Positions 1 through 11,112 of a DNA stretch of 58,042 bases are shown in pieces (the first letter of the stretch is position 1; the number at the start of each line of letters is the position of its first letter). Under the pieces are notes generated by a model that saw only the letters and a list, made by a program, of their open reading frames with translations, made no database searches and was not told the origin of the DNA. Origin of the DNA: Octopus bimaculoides (Eukaryota); assembly GCF_001194135.2 (NCBI RefSeq), contig NC_068982.1:167806746-167864787 (forward strand). The letters are read 5' to 3'. The position numbers and the translations under genes are program-made.

Positions 1-103
<103 letters not shown>

Positions 104-351
104 GGTGGCGAGCTGGCAGAATTGTTAGCACGCCGGGCGAAATGCTTAGTGGTATTTTGTCTGTCGTTACGTTCTAAGTTCAAATTCTGCCGAGGTTGTT
201 GACTTTGCCTTTCATCATTTTGGGGTCGATAAAATAAGTACCAATTGAGTACTGGGGTTGAAGCAGTCGACTTACCCTCTCCCAGATATTGCTGACCTTG
301 TGCCAAAATTTGAAATCATTATTATTATTAATAATAATATTATTATTATTG
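104..351 (+). mobile_element. tRNA-derived SINE, family A, with (ATT)n tail
   Basis: A-box-like GGCGAGCTGGCAGAA, B-box-like GTTCAAATT, shared body (GGGGTCGATAAAATAAGTACCA...), ends in ATT repeats; more than 12 similar copies in the window. Confidence 0.9.
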
Positions 352-360
352 CTTAACAGT

Positions 361-420
361 AATGTAATCAACTTATCCCCTCCCCTGAAATTTCAGGCCC
401 TGTGCCTATGGTAGAAAAAT
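361..420 (+). mobile_element. SINE family A, 3' fragment
   Basis: ATGTAATCAACTT...CCCCTGAAATTTCAGGCCCTGTGCCTATGGTAGAAA matches the 3' end of other family A copies. Confidence 0.7.
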
Positions 421-460
421 TATTACTATTATTGAATTATTATAATTATTATTATTATTA

Positions 461-680
461 GGGCAGTGAGCTGGCAGAATGGTTGACACACCGGGTTAAA
501 CGCTTAGTGGCATTTCGCCTGTCAGTACGTTTCCAGTTCAAATTCAGTCGCGGTCGACTTCGCCTTTCATCGTCTTGGGGTCGATAAAATAACTAACTGT
601 TGAATACTGGGGTAAATGTAATCGACCTCCCTCTCTCCCGAAATTACTAGCCTGGTGTCAAAATTTGAAACCATAATAAT
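461..680 (+). mobile_element. SINE family A
   Basis: GGCAGTGAGCTGGCAGAA head, GTTCAAATT B-box, conserved body and 3' end. Confidence 0.9.
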
Positions 681-698
681 CATTATCATTTTTATTAA

Positions 699-908
699 AG
701 CAGTAAGCTGGCTATTCGTTAGAGCGTCGGAGAAAATGTTTAACGGCATTGCTGATTTACGTTCTGAGTTAAAATATCATCGAGGTCGACATGGCCTTTC
801 AGCTTCTCGGTATCGACAAAATAAGTACCAGTTGAGCACTGGTAGCGATGTAATCGACTTAACCCCTCCCCTGAAATTGGTGGCCTTGTGCCAAAACTAG
901 AAAGAATT
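699..908 (+). mobile_element. SINE family A
   Basis: Diverged head, ACGTTCTGAGTT, TCGACAAAATAAGTACCAGTTGAGCACTGG body. Confidence 0.85.
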
Positions 909-909
909 A

Positions 910-1120
910 AGGCAGCAAGTTGGCAGAATCGTTCTCCCAGTGGACAAAATGTCTAGCGGCATTTCTTCTGCCTTTATATTCTGAGTTCAAATCCCGACGA
1001 GGTTGACATTGCCTTTTATCATCTCGCAGTTGGTTATTTTACCTTTCAGGAGGTGGGGTCGATGTAATGGACTTTCCACTCCCCTCAAAACTACTGACCT
1101 TGCGCCCCAAATTTGAAACA
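910..1120 (+). mobile_element. SINE family A
   Basis: GGCAGCAAGTTGGCAGAATCG head, TTCTGAGTTCAAATCC B-box, GGGGTCGATGTAAT motif, TTTGAAAC end. Confidence 0.85.
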
Positions 1121-2152
1121 ATTGCTGTTATTCTTTTCTAGTCTGAGGCCACGATATTTAGCAGCACCATTATTTCATCACTCTATAGACAGATATGACC
1201 ATTAAATCTCATTAAACTGATGTGTGAGTTCATTTTGTTCATGCTTAAAACTAAAAAGACGGTATTTTCAATTCTCCCCAACTTTCATTCTAGCTCCAAT
1301 AATTCCTCTCATTCACTTGCTTTTCTAGCAACAGTTAGAAAGACAGGTGAATAAGAATTACGAAAAAAAAAGAAAAACTAAACTTTTATGTTACCATTCT
1401 TATTTAAATTTTCTTAAAATTTCTTTATCTATTTTCATATCTATTAAGTGTTTGCCAAACTATAAATTCTTCTGGAACAAACAAGAAATTTGAACTTCAT
1501 TATTAATTTGCTAATAGTATTTGATTTCAGTTCATCTTTGTCTTCTGTTAAGCGATAAAACATGTTTATTTAGTAAAAAAATCTGGAAACAGAAACAATT
1601 ACTAAACTATTAAAGAAATCAATACATTTTTAATTACAATATCATTTCTTACATTAGGACACATTCGGAGTGATTTTTGCATTAATTGTCCCCTTTTTAT
1701 CGATCAATGAAAGACGAAAACAAAATTGGTTAGCCTCAACAGAATTCAAATCGAACTCATACCGTAACTGCGAAGAACAGTGTAACATACCTGTAAGGTA
1801 CAAAATAGCTAGTAACCCATATACAGATATACGTATATATGTCTGGTTGCATCTGTGCGTATTTGTGTGTATGGTTGTGTGCATACATAAATCACTGATT
1901 TGTTTGAAAATAATTCTAGATGCAGTAAGATTTAATATATTGTGTTATAAGATGGAATATTCTTTCAACGATTCAAATCTATAATAACGACTTAGACTTA
2001 AGGCTTCCAGCAGGAATTAGGTAAGCATGAAGCTGCAGCTTGCTGAGAATAATGTGAAGATTTAATCTTATTGGATTGTCAATAGATTTCAAAACTTTTC
2101 TTGCATAGTTCTCGATGCCGTTAGTCACAACCTGAATATTGTTTTATACATA

Positions 2153-2154
<2 letters not shown>

Positions 2155-2213
<59 letters not shown>

Positions 2214-2444
2214 ATATATATACGGATATAAATACAACACACGTATAAGCCTGTGTTTGCGTGTTTGCGACATGTCTGTGTGGTTGTGGTATGTATACAT
2301 GCATGTTCTTACCTAATATATATTTACATACATATATACATATATGTACACGTATATTAGTGTATATCTTTGTATATGTATGCATCCGCGCATGCACATG
2401 TCTCTCTGTCTATTTATCTATCTCCCCTCTATCCTTACACACAT

Positions 2445-2477
<33 letters not shown>

Positions 2478-2510
2478 ACACACAAACATACATACATACA
2501 TACACGCATA
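2155..2510. repeat. Compound microsatellite region: (TC)n, (TA)n, (CA)n, (CATA)n
   Basis: (TC)n at 2155-2209 plus degenerate TA/CA tracts. Confidence 0.9.
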
Positions 2511-3122
2511 AACATACAGCCGTCATTAGTCCTCTGAGTCGAGGAGATTGTCCACCAAATATATGTTCTTTCATGTTTGTCAGTGTGTAAGTCATTATGT
2601 TTCCTCTATCCCCCCGGGGGACACTTTTTCTCTTGAACTGGAAATAATTGTTTGTTTGAACAACAAATGGTCTGAAATTCGTACGATACGGCAAAACTAT
2701 CGGATGTGATGTCACTTATTCATTTTCTACAGATATGAAGTTTACTGGAGTACTCTGACAATTCACCGTTTTCTCCTCTCTCAATGAGCTTGATTTTCTT
2801 CAGACATTTCTGGTGGCATATATCCATGTATCCTAAAGGCCAAACCTGGTTTCTTTCTGGTCGGTGCTTGTTGATTCACAGATATGTATTTTTCTTATGT
2901 TAAGAATTATACTATAACATATGTCACTAAAAATTGGATTATTGGCTGTAGATGTGCTGAAGTTCGAATAATTGTAGCATTATCTTGACATTTAGATATT
3001 GGCTACTAATGAAACCGTGGTCTTAACGGGACACGGCCACTAGATGATTGCCAGAGGAATCTTGAGGCTAGAGAAAATCTGGGGGATACCTGTACGCGCT
3101 TTCATTTAGTGCAGACTAAGTA

Positions 3123-3199
3123 TAAGGTGCGGCAGAAAGGTTGCCCCAATTTCAAATTATTAGCTTTTGAAATATGGGAAACCTTTCTGCCGCACCCTG
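3123..3199. mobile_element. 77-bp Tc1/mariner-type miniature inverted-repeat element (MADE-like)
   Basis: 34-nt inverted arms (core GGTGCGGCAGAAAGGT / ACCTTTCTGCCGCACC), 9-nt loop, TA on both sides (3121-3122, 3200-3201). Confidence 0.8.
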
Positions 3200-3944
3200 T
3201 ATATATAACATTAGTATCGACAAGATCTTGAGCGTGAGATATCTTACTAAAAGAACCAAAACAATGAAACTACCTACAGTAAGTTTTAAATTCGGTCAGC
3301 ACTCTTTCAAGAAACTAAACCCTCAGAGGTTCCACTCTATCTTCTAATATATTGCAAAGTACTGTAAATGCTGACAATACTTCAAGGTAGAATTGCATGC
3401 AACTAATCGAACTCGACTTTTGTTCAAATTACAACTATAATAAAAGTTAGTGTGTACGATCTCCCTATTCATTAAATACATTATTCACATGCTTCCATGA
3501 CCAAGCGAGTATTTTCCTTGCAAAATCAAAATCTTTCTTCCACTTCTTTTCCCATATACATATTAATATCCAACAAAATAAATGTTTTTTGATTGACAAA
3601 TTCTAAAATAATGAATATACTCAACAGATACAAGTAGTCATACAATCTCTGTTAAAATGCGGCATTCGATATACTTAAATGTGGATAATAGGTGAAAATA
3701 CCACGGATTAGGATGTCAGTCTTCCATAAATTTTCCAAAGAAATAATGAAATACTGGTTGTAGGATATAGATTCATCAGTTTTTAGGATGGTAGTACGAT
3801 TCTTCATCCACTCAACCATTTAGTTTCAATTTCTAGTTTTACTTTCCATCCAATATACCCTTCGTGTACCACCTATAGTCTTCAAAACTATATACAAAGT
3901 ATATTGTAGTATCTTCTTAACAACAACAATAATATAGCAATGAT

Positions 3945-5023
3945 CAGGTACTTATCTAGTACAGAGGACTAAATGCCGCTGCCTGTGTGCAAACACGAAG
4001 CAGCAAAAAATCACATTCTTTTGTCAAGAAAGCTTGCAAATTCGCAAGGGAACTAGGTATTGACCCTGAAATAGATGAAGAACCTGAAACTACTGCCAGA
4101 AAACAAGGAAAATAGATCAAGCAGACTGCAAAAAGAACAAGCAGAAACAAAGTGAGGAGCGGTGGGGTCAGAAGCCTCTGCATGGACAGTATATACTTCG
4201 AAATTGAAATGCTGATGTAGACCCATCAGTGGCTGAGAAGTTGGGGACAGAAACAAATTGAAGGATTCATATTAGAGTCACAAGATCAAAGCTTGCTTAC
4301 AAAAATCTACCAGGCTAACATTCTTCAAAGTGGTTCTGACCCTAAATTCAGATTCTGCGAGACATTTGACGAAATAATAGACTATCTCGTCTCATGATGT
4401 CCTGTATTGACACCAAACGAATACAAAAATCTCCACGATAGAGTAGGACAATATTTACACTGGAAAATATGTAAACACTACACATCATCCTGAGACAGTC
4501 GCTGAGGGTAAAAATGTCACTATTCTCTGGGATTTTCCAGTCAACACTAATCGACCAGATATAATTACTAAAGACAGGGAAGAAAATTCTTGTAGAATAA
4601 TAGATGTAAGTGTTCCCCACGATAAAAATATATCTGTAAAAGCATTTGACGAATTAAATAAATATAAGGACCTGGAAATTGAACTACAAAAGATGTGGCA
4701 TCTTAAAGCGAGAACTGTTCTTGTTATTGTGGGTGTCCCAGGTATGATAAAAAAAGGGATGTCAGAAGCATCTAGATAAGATCCCAGGAGAACCATGTCT
4801 CAGAGAAATCCAAAAGCTTGTGCTGACAGGTACTGCTCACATCCTTAGAAAAACCCTATCCATCTAAATGTCTGTGTTGTATTATATGAGGATATTTCAC
4901 TACTGCCTCTGTCGTTCCCCCTCCACAGGCTTTCAGTCATACTGTAGCATCTATCCTTCACTCGCCCCAGCGCGCTGGCTGTGTCTCTGCAAATGATTGT
5001 AACAAACATGAAAATTAAACATA

Positions 5024-5073
<50 letters not shown>
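3945..5073 (+). mobile_element. 5'-truncated R4/Dong-type non-LTR retrotransposon (copy 1), disrupted ORF C-terminus, 3'UTR and (TAA)n tail
   Basis: Stitched frames give KPLHGQY...EGFILESQDQSLLT...RFCETFDEIIDY...HDRVGQYLHWKICKHY...RPDII...IIDVSVP...KYKDLEIELQKMW, the zinc knuckle plus PD-(D/E)xK endonuclease region; (TAA)n at about 5025-5073. Confidence 0.85.
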
Positions 5074-5074
<1 letters not shown>

Positions 5075-5283
5075 CCTATGTAAAATACTGTCTATGTGAT
5101 CCTACGTAAAATACTGTCTATGTGATCCTACGTAAAATACTGTCTATGTGATCCTACGTAAAATACTGTCTATGTGATCCGACGTAAAATACTGTCTATG
5201 TGATCCTACATAAAATACTGTCTATGTGATCCTACGTAAAATACTGTCTATGTGATCCTACGTAAAATACTGTCTATGTGATC
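5075..5283. repeat. 26-bp minisatellite, 8 copies (CCTACGTAAAATACTGTCTATGTGAT)
   Basis: Eight contiguous units with three single-base variants; no spacers. Confidence 0.97.
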
Positions 5284-5495
5284 TCAAATTTTAAAACAAA
5301 CACAATTTTCTTATGGTTTCTTAAACATTCACTAGAACAACACTGTACAAATCCAAATATATGGTACCCTAGGCATAACACCTACATGAACTTCTAACTT
5401 GTTGTCTCTTGAGGTCTCTGGGTGAGACTTGGATCCAACTTGTACAAATGCAAAGCAAAAGTCAAACATAAAATAATAATGATAATAATAATAAT

Positions 5496-6404
5496 CACTG
5501 TACAAGAAATAAAAACGAATGAAAAAACACTGTACAAGAAATTGTAAACGAACGAAACTGAAAACAAATGGGTAAAGAAAAGAATGCATAGCCAATTTCA
5601 TAGGGATGTTGAAAATAAGACAGACAAAGAAGAAAGATGGCTGTGGATGACTAAAAGTGATTTAAAACCGGAAACAGTGCTCGAATCTGTGCTGCCCAAG
5701 AGCAAGCACTAGGAACAAACTACATAAAATACAGAATAGACATCACAGCAGAAAGTGATAAGTGTAGAATCTGTGGACATAATGGTGAAACCGTATGGCA
5801 TATTACCAGCCAATGTACGCCACTACCCCAGAAGTAATATTAGAGACGCCACGACAATATAGCCAGGCTTGTCCATTGGATACTTTGCAGCAAGTATGGA
5901 CTTGACAGAGCAAAAAATTGGTACAACCACAAACTTGAAGGCATCGTTGAAAATAGAAATGCAAAGATCCTATGGGATTTTATGATTCAGTGCGACCACG
6001 AGATAGAGAACAGAAAGCCAGACATAGTCTTAATGGAGAAAGAAAACAAACTGTGCTAGATTATAGATAGAGTATGCCCAGCTGACAACATGGTATGCGA
6101 TAAGGAAGAAAGAAAGTCGAGAGATATGACAGATTAGCTTGGGAAGTTAAGCAGTTGTGGTCGATGAAAAAGGTAGCAATAATACCAATAATTGTCTGAG
6201 CCCTGGGAACAGTGAGCGAAAATCTCGAGAAGTACGTGGAACAAATAGGGGCTGCAATAAGGGTGGAGCACTTGCAGAAAACAGCACTGCTCGAATACTC
6301 CGGAAGGTACCCGAAAAATAAGAGGTGTTACCTTAGTTCACTGGTAGTGAACAGCTGACACCGCAGTACATCTCCAGCGTGCAAAGGCAATGATGATAAA
6401 AATG

Positions 6405-6455
<51 letters not shown>

Positions 6456-6472
6456 GATAATAATAATAAATG

Positions 6473-6537
<65 letters not shown>
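5496..6537 (+). mobile_element. 5'-truncated R4/Dong-type non-LTR retrotransposon (copy 2, different lineage) with long (TAA)n tail
   Basis: MHSQFHRD...WLWMTKSDLKPET...AAQEQALGTNYIKYRID...KCRICGHNGETVWHITSQC (CCHC), RRHDNIARLVHW, KILWDFMIQCDHEIENRKPDIV; stops and frameshifts present; (TAA)n at about 6403-6537. Confidence 0.85.
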
Positions 6538-6538
<1 letters not shown>

Positions 6539-7217
6539 GGAATAACAACAGAAAAAAGATGGTATAAACACACGCCAGAAAAGGTCACAGAAAACGAGAA
6601 AGCAACCATACTCTGGGATATGCCAATACACACAGATAGAGAAATTAAGGCAAATAGACCAGATATAGTTGTCAAAGATCATGAAGAAAANNNNNNNNNN
6701 NNNNNNNNNNNNNNNNNNNNNNNNNNNNNNNNNNNNNNNNNNNNNNNNNNNNNNNNNNNNNNNNNNNNNNNNNNNNNNNNNNNNNNNNNNNNNNNNNNNN
6801 NNNNNNNNNNNNNNNNNNNNNNNNNNNNNNNNNNNNNNNNNNNNNNNNNNNNNNNNNNNNNNNNNNNNCCAGCAGATGACAACGTTTCTCTAAAAGAAAT
6901 GGAAAAACTTTCAAAATACAAAGACCTGGAAATAGAGATAACTCGAATGTGGAATCTAAAAACAGAAACAATTCCTATCATAGTAGGTGCCTTAGGTATA
7001 ATAAAAAAATATTCAGACAAATACATAACAAAAATAGCAGGACTTACAAATATATATAACATACAGAAAATTGCACTACTGGGTACTGCACACATCCTAC
7101 GCAAAACACTTTCAATACAGTAAACATAAGAGCACCACAGCAAACCACATCACATACCCAAGGCGCACAGAGCTGCGCTCGGTAGTGAAGTGAAAGCACG
7201 TTATAAAAATAAAACTA

Positions 7218-7248
<31 letters not shown>
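6538..7248 (+). mobile_element. 5'-truncated R4/Dong-type non-LTR retrotransposon (copy 3), endonuclease domain, stop at 7123, 3'UTR, (TAA)n tail
   Basis: WYKHTPEKVTENEKATILWDMPIHTDREIKANRPDIVVKD...KYKDLEIEITRMWNLKTETIPIIVGALG...GTAHILRKTLSIQ*; open on both sides of the N gap; flanked by TAA tracts. Confidence 0.9.
6691..6868. other. Assembly gap (178 N)
   Basis: N run. Confidence 1.
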
Positions 7249-7251
<3 letters not shown>

Positions 7252-7851
7252 GTTCTGATACGAAGGGAAATGCTCCCACTAAGATGTAGAAGAATGAAGG
7301 ATTTCATCCTTGAGAGTCAATGATATATTTTGGATCGAGCTAAAAGACTCCTTTCACAAAAGATCTCCTTTCACAAACTAACATAAATTGGTGCCAGAAA
7401 CATCTGATTGAAGCTGGATTTGAACAGACATTGCTATCACCTGAGAAAGGGCTAGTTTATATAAAATGAGGTTAGAATGACATTTCATGATAGGCAGATA
7501 ATGTTTTCCCAGAGTGATTACAGAAATGGCAAAAGGATTAATGTCTGCCAGCAAACTTTAGAAGATTAAGATATTTCTGTACAATACTGAATGGACTTGT
7601 GCATGTAACATAGTAAATCCGCCGAACCAATTAGAGAATTCGGTTTTGTGAATTTACGATTTCGGAATAAGTCCGGAACAATCCTGTTAATCGCTAAACG
7701 ACGCAGTGAAATGTCATATCATTTCTTCTGTACCATTTCTTCCGAGCAAGTTTAGTAATTATGAGCAACCGTGCTTACTTCCGATACGAATTCTAGCCAA
7801 CAAAAAGCGATGAATATATTTGTGGTTTATGTATGTACGTATGTTATCACC

Positions 7852-8228
7852 GTGGAGGCGCAATGGCCCAGTGGCTAGGGCAGCGGACTCGCGGTCATAG
7901 AATCGCGGTTTCGATTCCTGGACCGGACGTTTATTGAGCGAAAATACCTAAAGGTCCGCGAGGCTAAAACAGGGGGTGGTGGTGAACCTTACTGTAGTCT
8001 TTCACCACAACTGTCTCTCATTCTTTCTGCCTGTTTCTGTTGTACCTCTATTTCAAAGAGGCAGCCTTGTCACACTCTGTGTCATGCTGAATCTCCCCTA
8101 GAACTACGTTAAGGGTGCACGTGACTGTGGAGTACTCAGCTACTTGCACGTTCATTTCACAAGGAGGCTGTTCTGTTGATCGCATCAACTGGAACCTTCA
8201 TCGTCGTAACCGACGGAGTGCCACGATG
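7852..8228 (+). mobile_element. tRNA-derived SINE, family B, with 11-bp TSD
   Basis: GGAGGCGCAATGGCCCAGTGG A-box and GGTTTCGATTCC B-box; TSD ATGTTATCACC at 7841-7851 and 8229-8239; second copy at 34002. Confidence 0.92.
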
Positions 8229-8273
8229 ATGTTATCACCTCTCTACATACCCTCCTCAGTATGCATGCGCAAA

Positions 8274-8326
<53 letters not shown>
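8274..8326. repeat. (TCTA)n tetranucleotide microsatellite
   Basis: Direct read. Confidence 0.97.
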
Positions 8327-8328
<2 letters not shown>

Positions 8329-8654
8329 GTAATCTCGTTAGACTCCTGATTAAACTGAGTTCCGTGTGCATAATCGGTGTAAAGACTTCAAGCCGTCCGT
8401 ATTTAGATATAACAGTTGACCTGAAATCGTTCTTAAATTTACACCTCAGTGTTATTTACCTCGAATCTACTCCTACAATACAACAGGGTTAAAATACCGT
8501 GACGTTTTTATTTAACCTAATATAGTCCCATCATATATATTATAAACCCAACGCTTTTGAAGTTTATTTCTTTTGTATTTACGAACCCTTTGCGGGTATA
8601 TGATTATAATTATTGATGTTGCAGTTGTTTCTTATGTATCCAAAACCTGAATTA

Positions 8655-9789
8655 TCAGGTCATCTCATAAGTTCTGTCCGAATTTTGAATAAAGAAAACA
8701 AGTGATCAAATGTTATATTTAATTGAAATTTAATCATTAATGTACTTTTCCTGATTATCTATGACTTCCTTCCATCTATTTACAAGCTTTTTAATCTCAT
8801 CAATGTAAAGCTCTTTTGGTTTCAAAGCGAAAAACTCTGAAATGTTAGTTTCGACCTCCTCCTGGCTTGCGAAAGTTATGTCCCCCAAATGATTCTGTAA
8901 ACTATGTAACAAATGGTAGTCTGAAGGAGCAAGGTCGGGAAAATAAGGTGGATGAGGAATTTTTTCCCAACCAAGCTCTTCGAACTTCTGTGATGTGATC
9001 TTTACATTGTGGGGTCGCGTATTGTCCTGATGAAACATCACTTCTTTTTGATTCAGTAAATCGGGTCTTTTCTTCTTCAAAGCTTGGTTCAAACGCTCTA
9101 ATTGCTGACAGTAGACTTGAGCATTGATTGTTGCATTAGGTGGTAACAACTCGAAGTGAATTACTCCTTTTCAATCCCACCAGATAGAAAGAAGAACCTT
9201 TTTCACATGAAGTTCCCTTCTCGGTTGTGGTTGAGCCTCTTCCCTTTTACGACGTTTAACATTTCGATAGAAGATCCATTTTTTGTCACCAGTCACACGT
9301 CTATCCAAATAGGGTGAAATGAGTTCGCGAGAATGGAGAGAAGAGCAGATGTCAACTTGGGATTTGCGGTTGCTTTCGGACAATTCATGAGGAACCCATT
9401 TTCCAAAACTGGACGTCCTGTTCGATCTTCATCTTCAAGGCTGAAATCTCCACTTCCGAATTTTGCAAACCATCTTCTGCAAGTTCTTTCATTCAAAAAT
9501 TCTCTCCCATAAACTGAGTGTATGTTTCGAGTCGCTTCTGCAGAGTTTCCTTTTTTGTACTCATAAAGCATTATGTGCCTTAAATGCTCTTTGGATACTT
9601 CCATGTTAGAAAGTGTTTTAATCAAAGAAATTTTAATTCTATTTTTCTGTAAAATAATATTTAATTAGTTTAAATGTACACAAATGCATAAAAATAATAT
9701 TTAATTCCATCAGACATTCTAAAATACTATTAAATTTCATTCAATTTTAAAAAAAGGTAAAATCAGACAGAACTTATGGGATGACCTGT
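8655..9789 (-). mobile_element. Mariner (DD34D) DNA transposon, defective, internally deleted
   Basis: TIRs TCAGGTCATCTCATAAGTTCTGTCCG / CAGACAGAACTTATGGGATGACCTGT, TA at both ends; ORF pieces 9293-9625 (HTH: HLRHIMLYEY...WFAKF...GRP), 9171-9383 (VTGDKKWIFY), 8730-9149 (HQDNTRPH, HPPYFPDLAPSDYHL). Confidence 0.95.
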
Positions 9790-9960
9790 TACATCTTATT
9801 TATCTTTTCCAAACATTGGGTATTTTTTCTTCGTCGTATCATGTGTAAGTTTTACAAGGACAAGTGTGAAGCTCCCTTTATTCCTTCTTTCAAACAGGGC
9901 ACAGTTATGAACCCCTTTTTTTTTGTTTATCTTGCTTACATTCAACACAAAATTCGAACA

Positions 9961-10170
9961 AGAAGTAGCACGTCGGGCGAAATACTTAGCGGTATTTTGT
10001 CTGCCGTTACGTTCTGAGTTCAAATTCCGCAGAGGTCGACTTTGCCTTTCATCCTTTCGGGGCCGATTAAATAAATACCAGATACGCACTGGGGTCGATG
10101 TAATCGACTTAATCCCATTGTCTGTCTCTTTTTGTCCCCTCTATGTTTAACCCCTTGAGGGGAATAAATA
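9961..10170 (+). mobile_element. SINE family A (variant 3' end)
   Basis: TAGCACGTCGGGCGAAATACTTAGCGG...GTTCTGAGTTCAAATTCCG...GGGGTCGATGTAATCGAC. Confidence 0.85.
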
Positions 10171-10897
10171 AATGTATAAGCGATACTTGGTGCCAGATCT
10201 TCTAAATCGGGAGAGGAAGGGGTTGTCGTATGATAAGTATTGCTTTTAACGAGGGCTAGGCGAAGAGACCAGCTGATTTAGTGTCACGCTTCCTCAATAA
10301 CTAATGCTACAATATTTGAAACGATGAAATGCTGGAATGCGAGCGTCATTGTAAAAGCAATCGGTGATGACGTTATCCTTTAATTTTGTGACAAAATATG
10401 AGCAGATGATCAACACTGCCATAAATTTTAGTAATGGTCTCAATGGACTTACAATTCATGACACCTCAACGTAACAAAAATATCCTGGAGTTTCGGAGAT
10501 ACACTATGCTACTGGTTGTTGAAAGGAAAAAAGCAGAGTCTTTCAAGAGCTTTTTGCCTAGAAAGGCTAGAGAAGCTAAACGATAAGAATAGCGAAGACA
10601 ATAATATTATGGAGATGGACATTTCCAGATCAACAGTCGGAACTCCGAAAACGTTAGAGATCCAAAAGCTGATCTGCCATCCGACAGAAACCTTTCTCAG
10701 TCATAGCTAATAGTGACACCCAACTATGCCTTCAAACGTCGCAGGTAATCAATAAAATATTTGTCAGTAAAGTACTAAGGTGGATATAAACGACTGCACT
10801 ACATCTAAAACAATTTGTTGCATTATGGCTAATTTAAGAATTATTAATTATGAACATAATGACAGACACTTAGAACTATTATTATTAATGTTATTAA

Positions 10898-11112
10898 GGT
10901 GGAGAGCTGGCAGAATCGTTAACACGGCAGACAAAGTGCTTAGCGAGATTTCGTTGGTCTTTATGTTCTGCGTTCAAACAATGTCGAAGTTGACCTTACT
11001 TTGATCCTTTTGAGATCGATCACTTACACATTCGGGTCAATGTAACCTCCCTATAACCCCACCCCGCACAAAAAATTCAGGCCTTGTACCTATAATAGAA
11101 TGGATTATTATT
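10898..11112 (+). mobile_element. SINE family A, decayed
   Basis: GGTGGAGAGCTGGCAGAATCG head after an ATT tract; CAGGCCTTGTACCTATAATAGAA 3' end and ATT tail. Confidence 0.8.

Noticed and set aside
2780-2835. Kinase-like GYMPPEM peptide on the minus strand
   Set aside because: A stop follows within 8 codons and no other kinase motifs are nearby; another frame (MDICHQKCLKKI) looks more like a decayed LINE C-terminus.
6328-6682. Poly-Ile/Leu/Tyr ORFs
   Set aside because: Translations of the (TAA)n tract.
7852-7930. tRNA-like sequence (also at 34002 and the other SINE heads)
   Set aside because: A and B boxes are present, but the sequence runs into a conserved SINE body bounded by TSDs, with no clear acceptor stem or T-run terminator.
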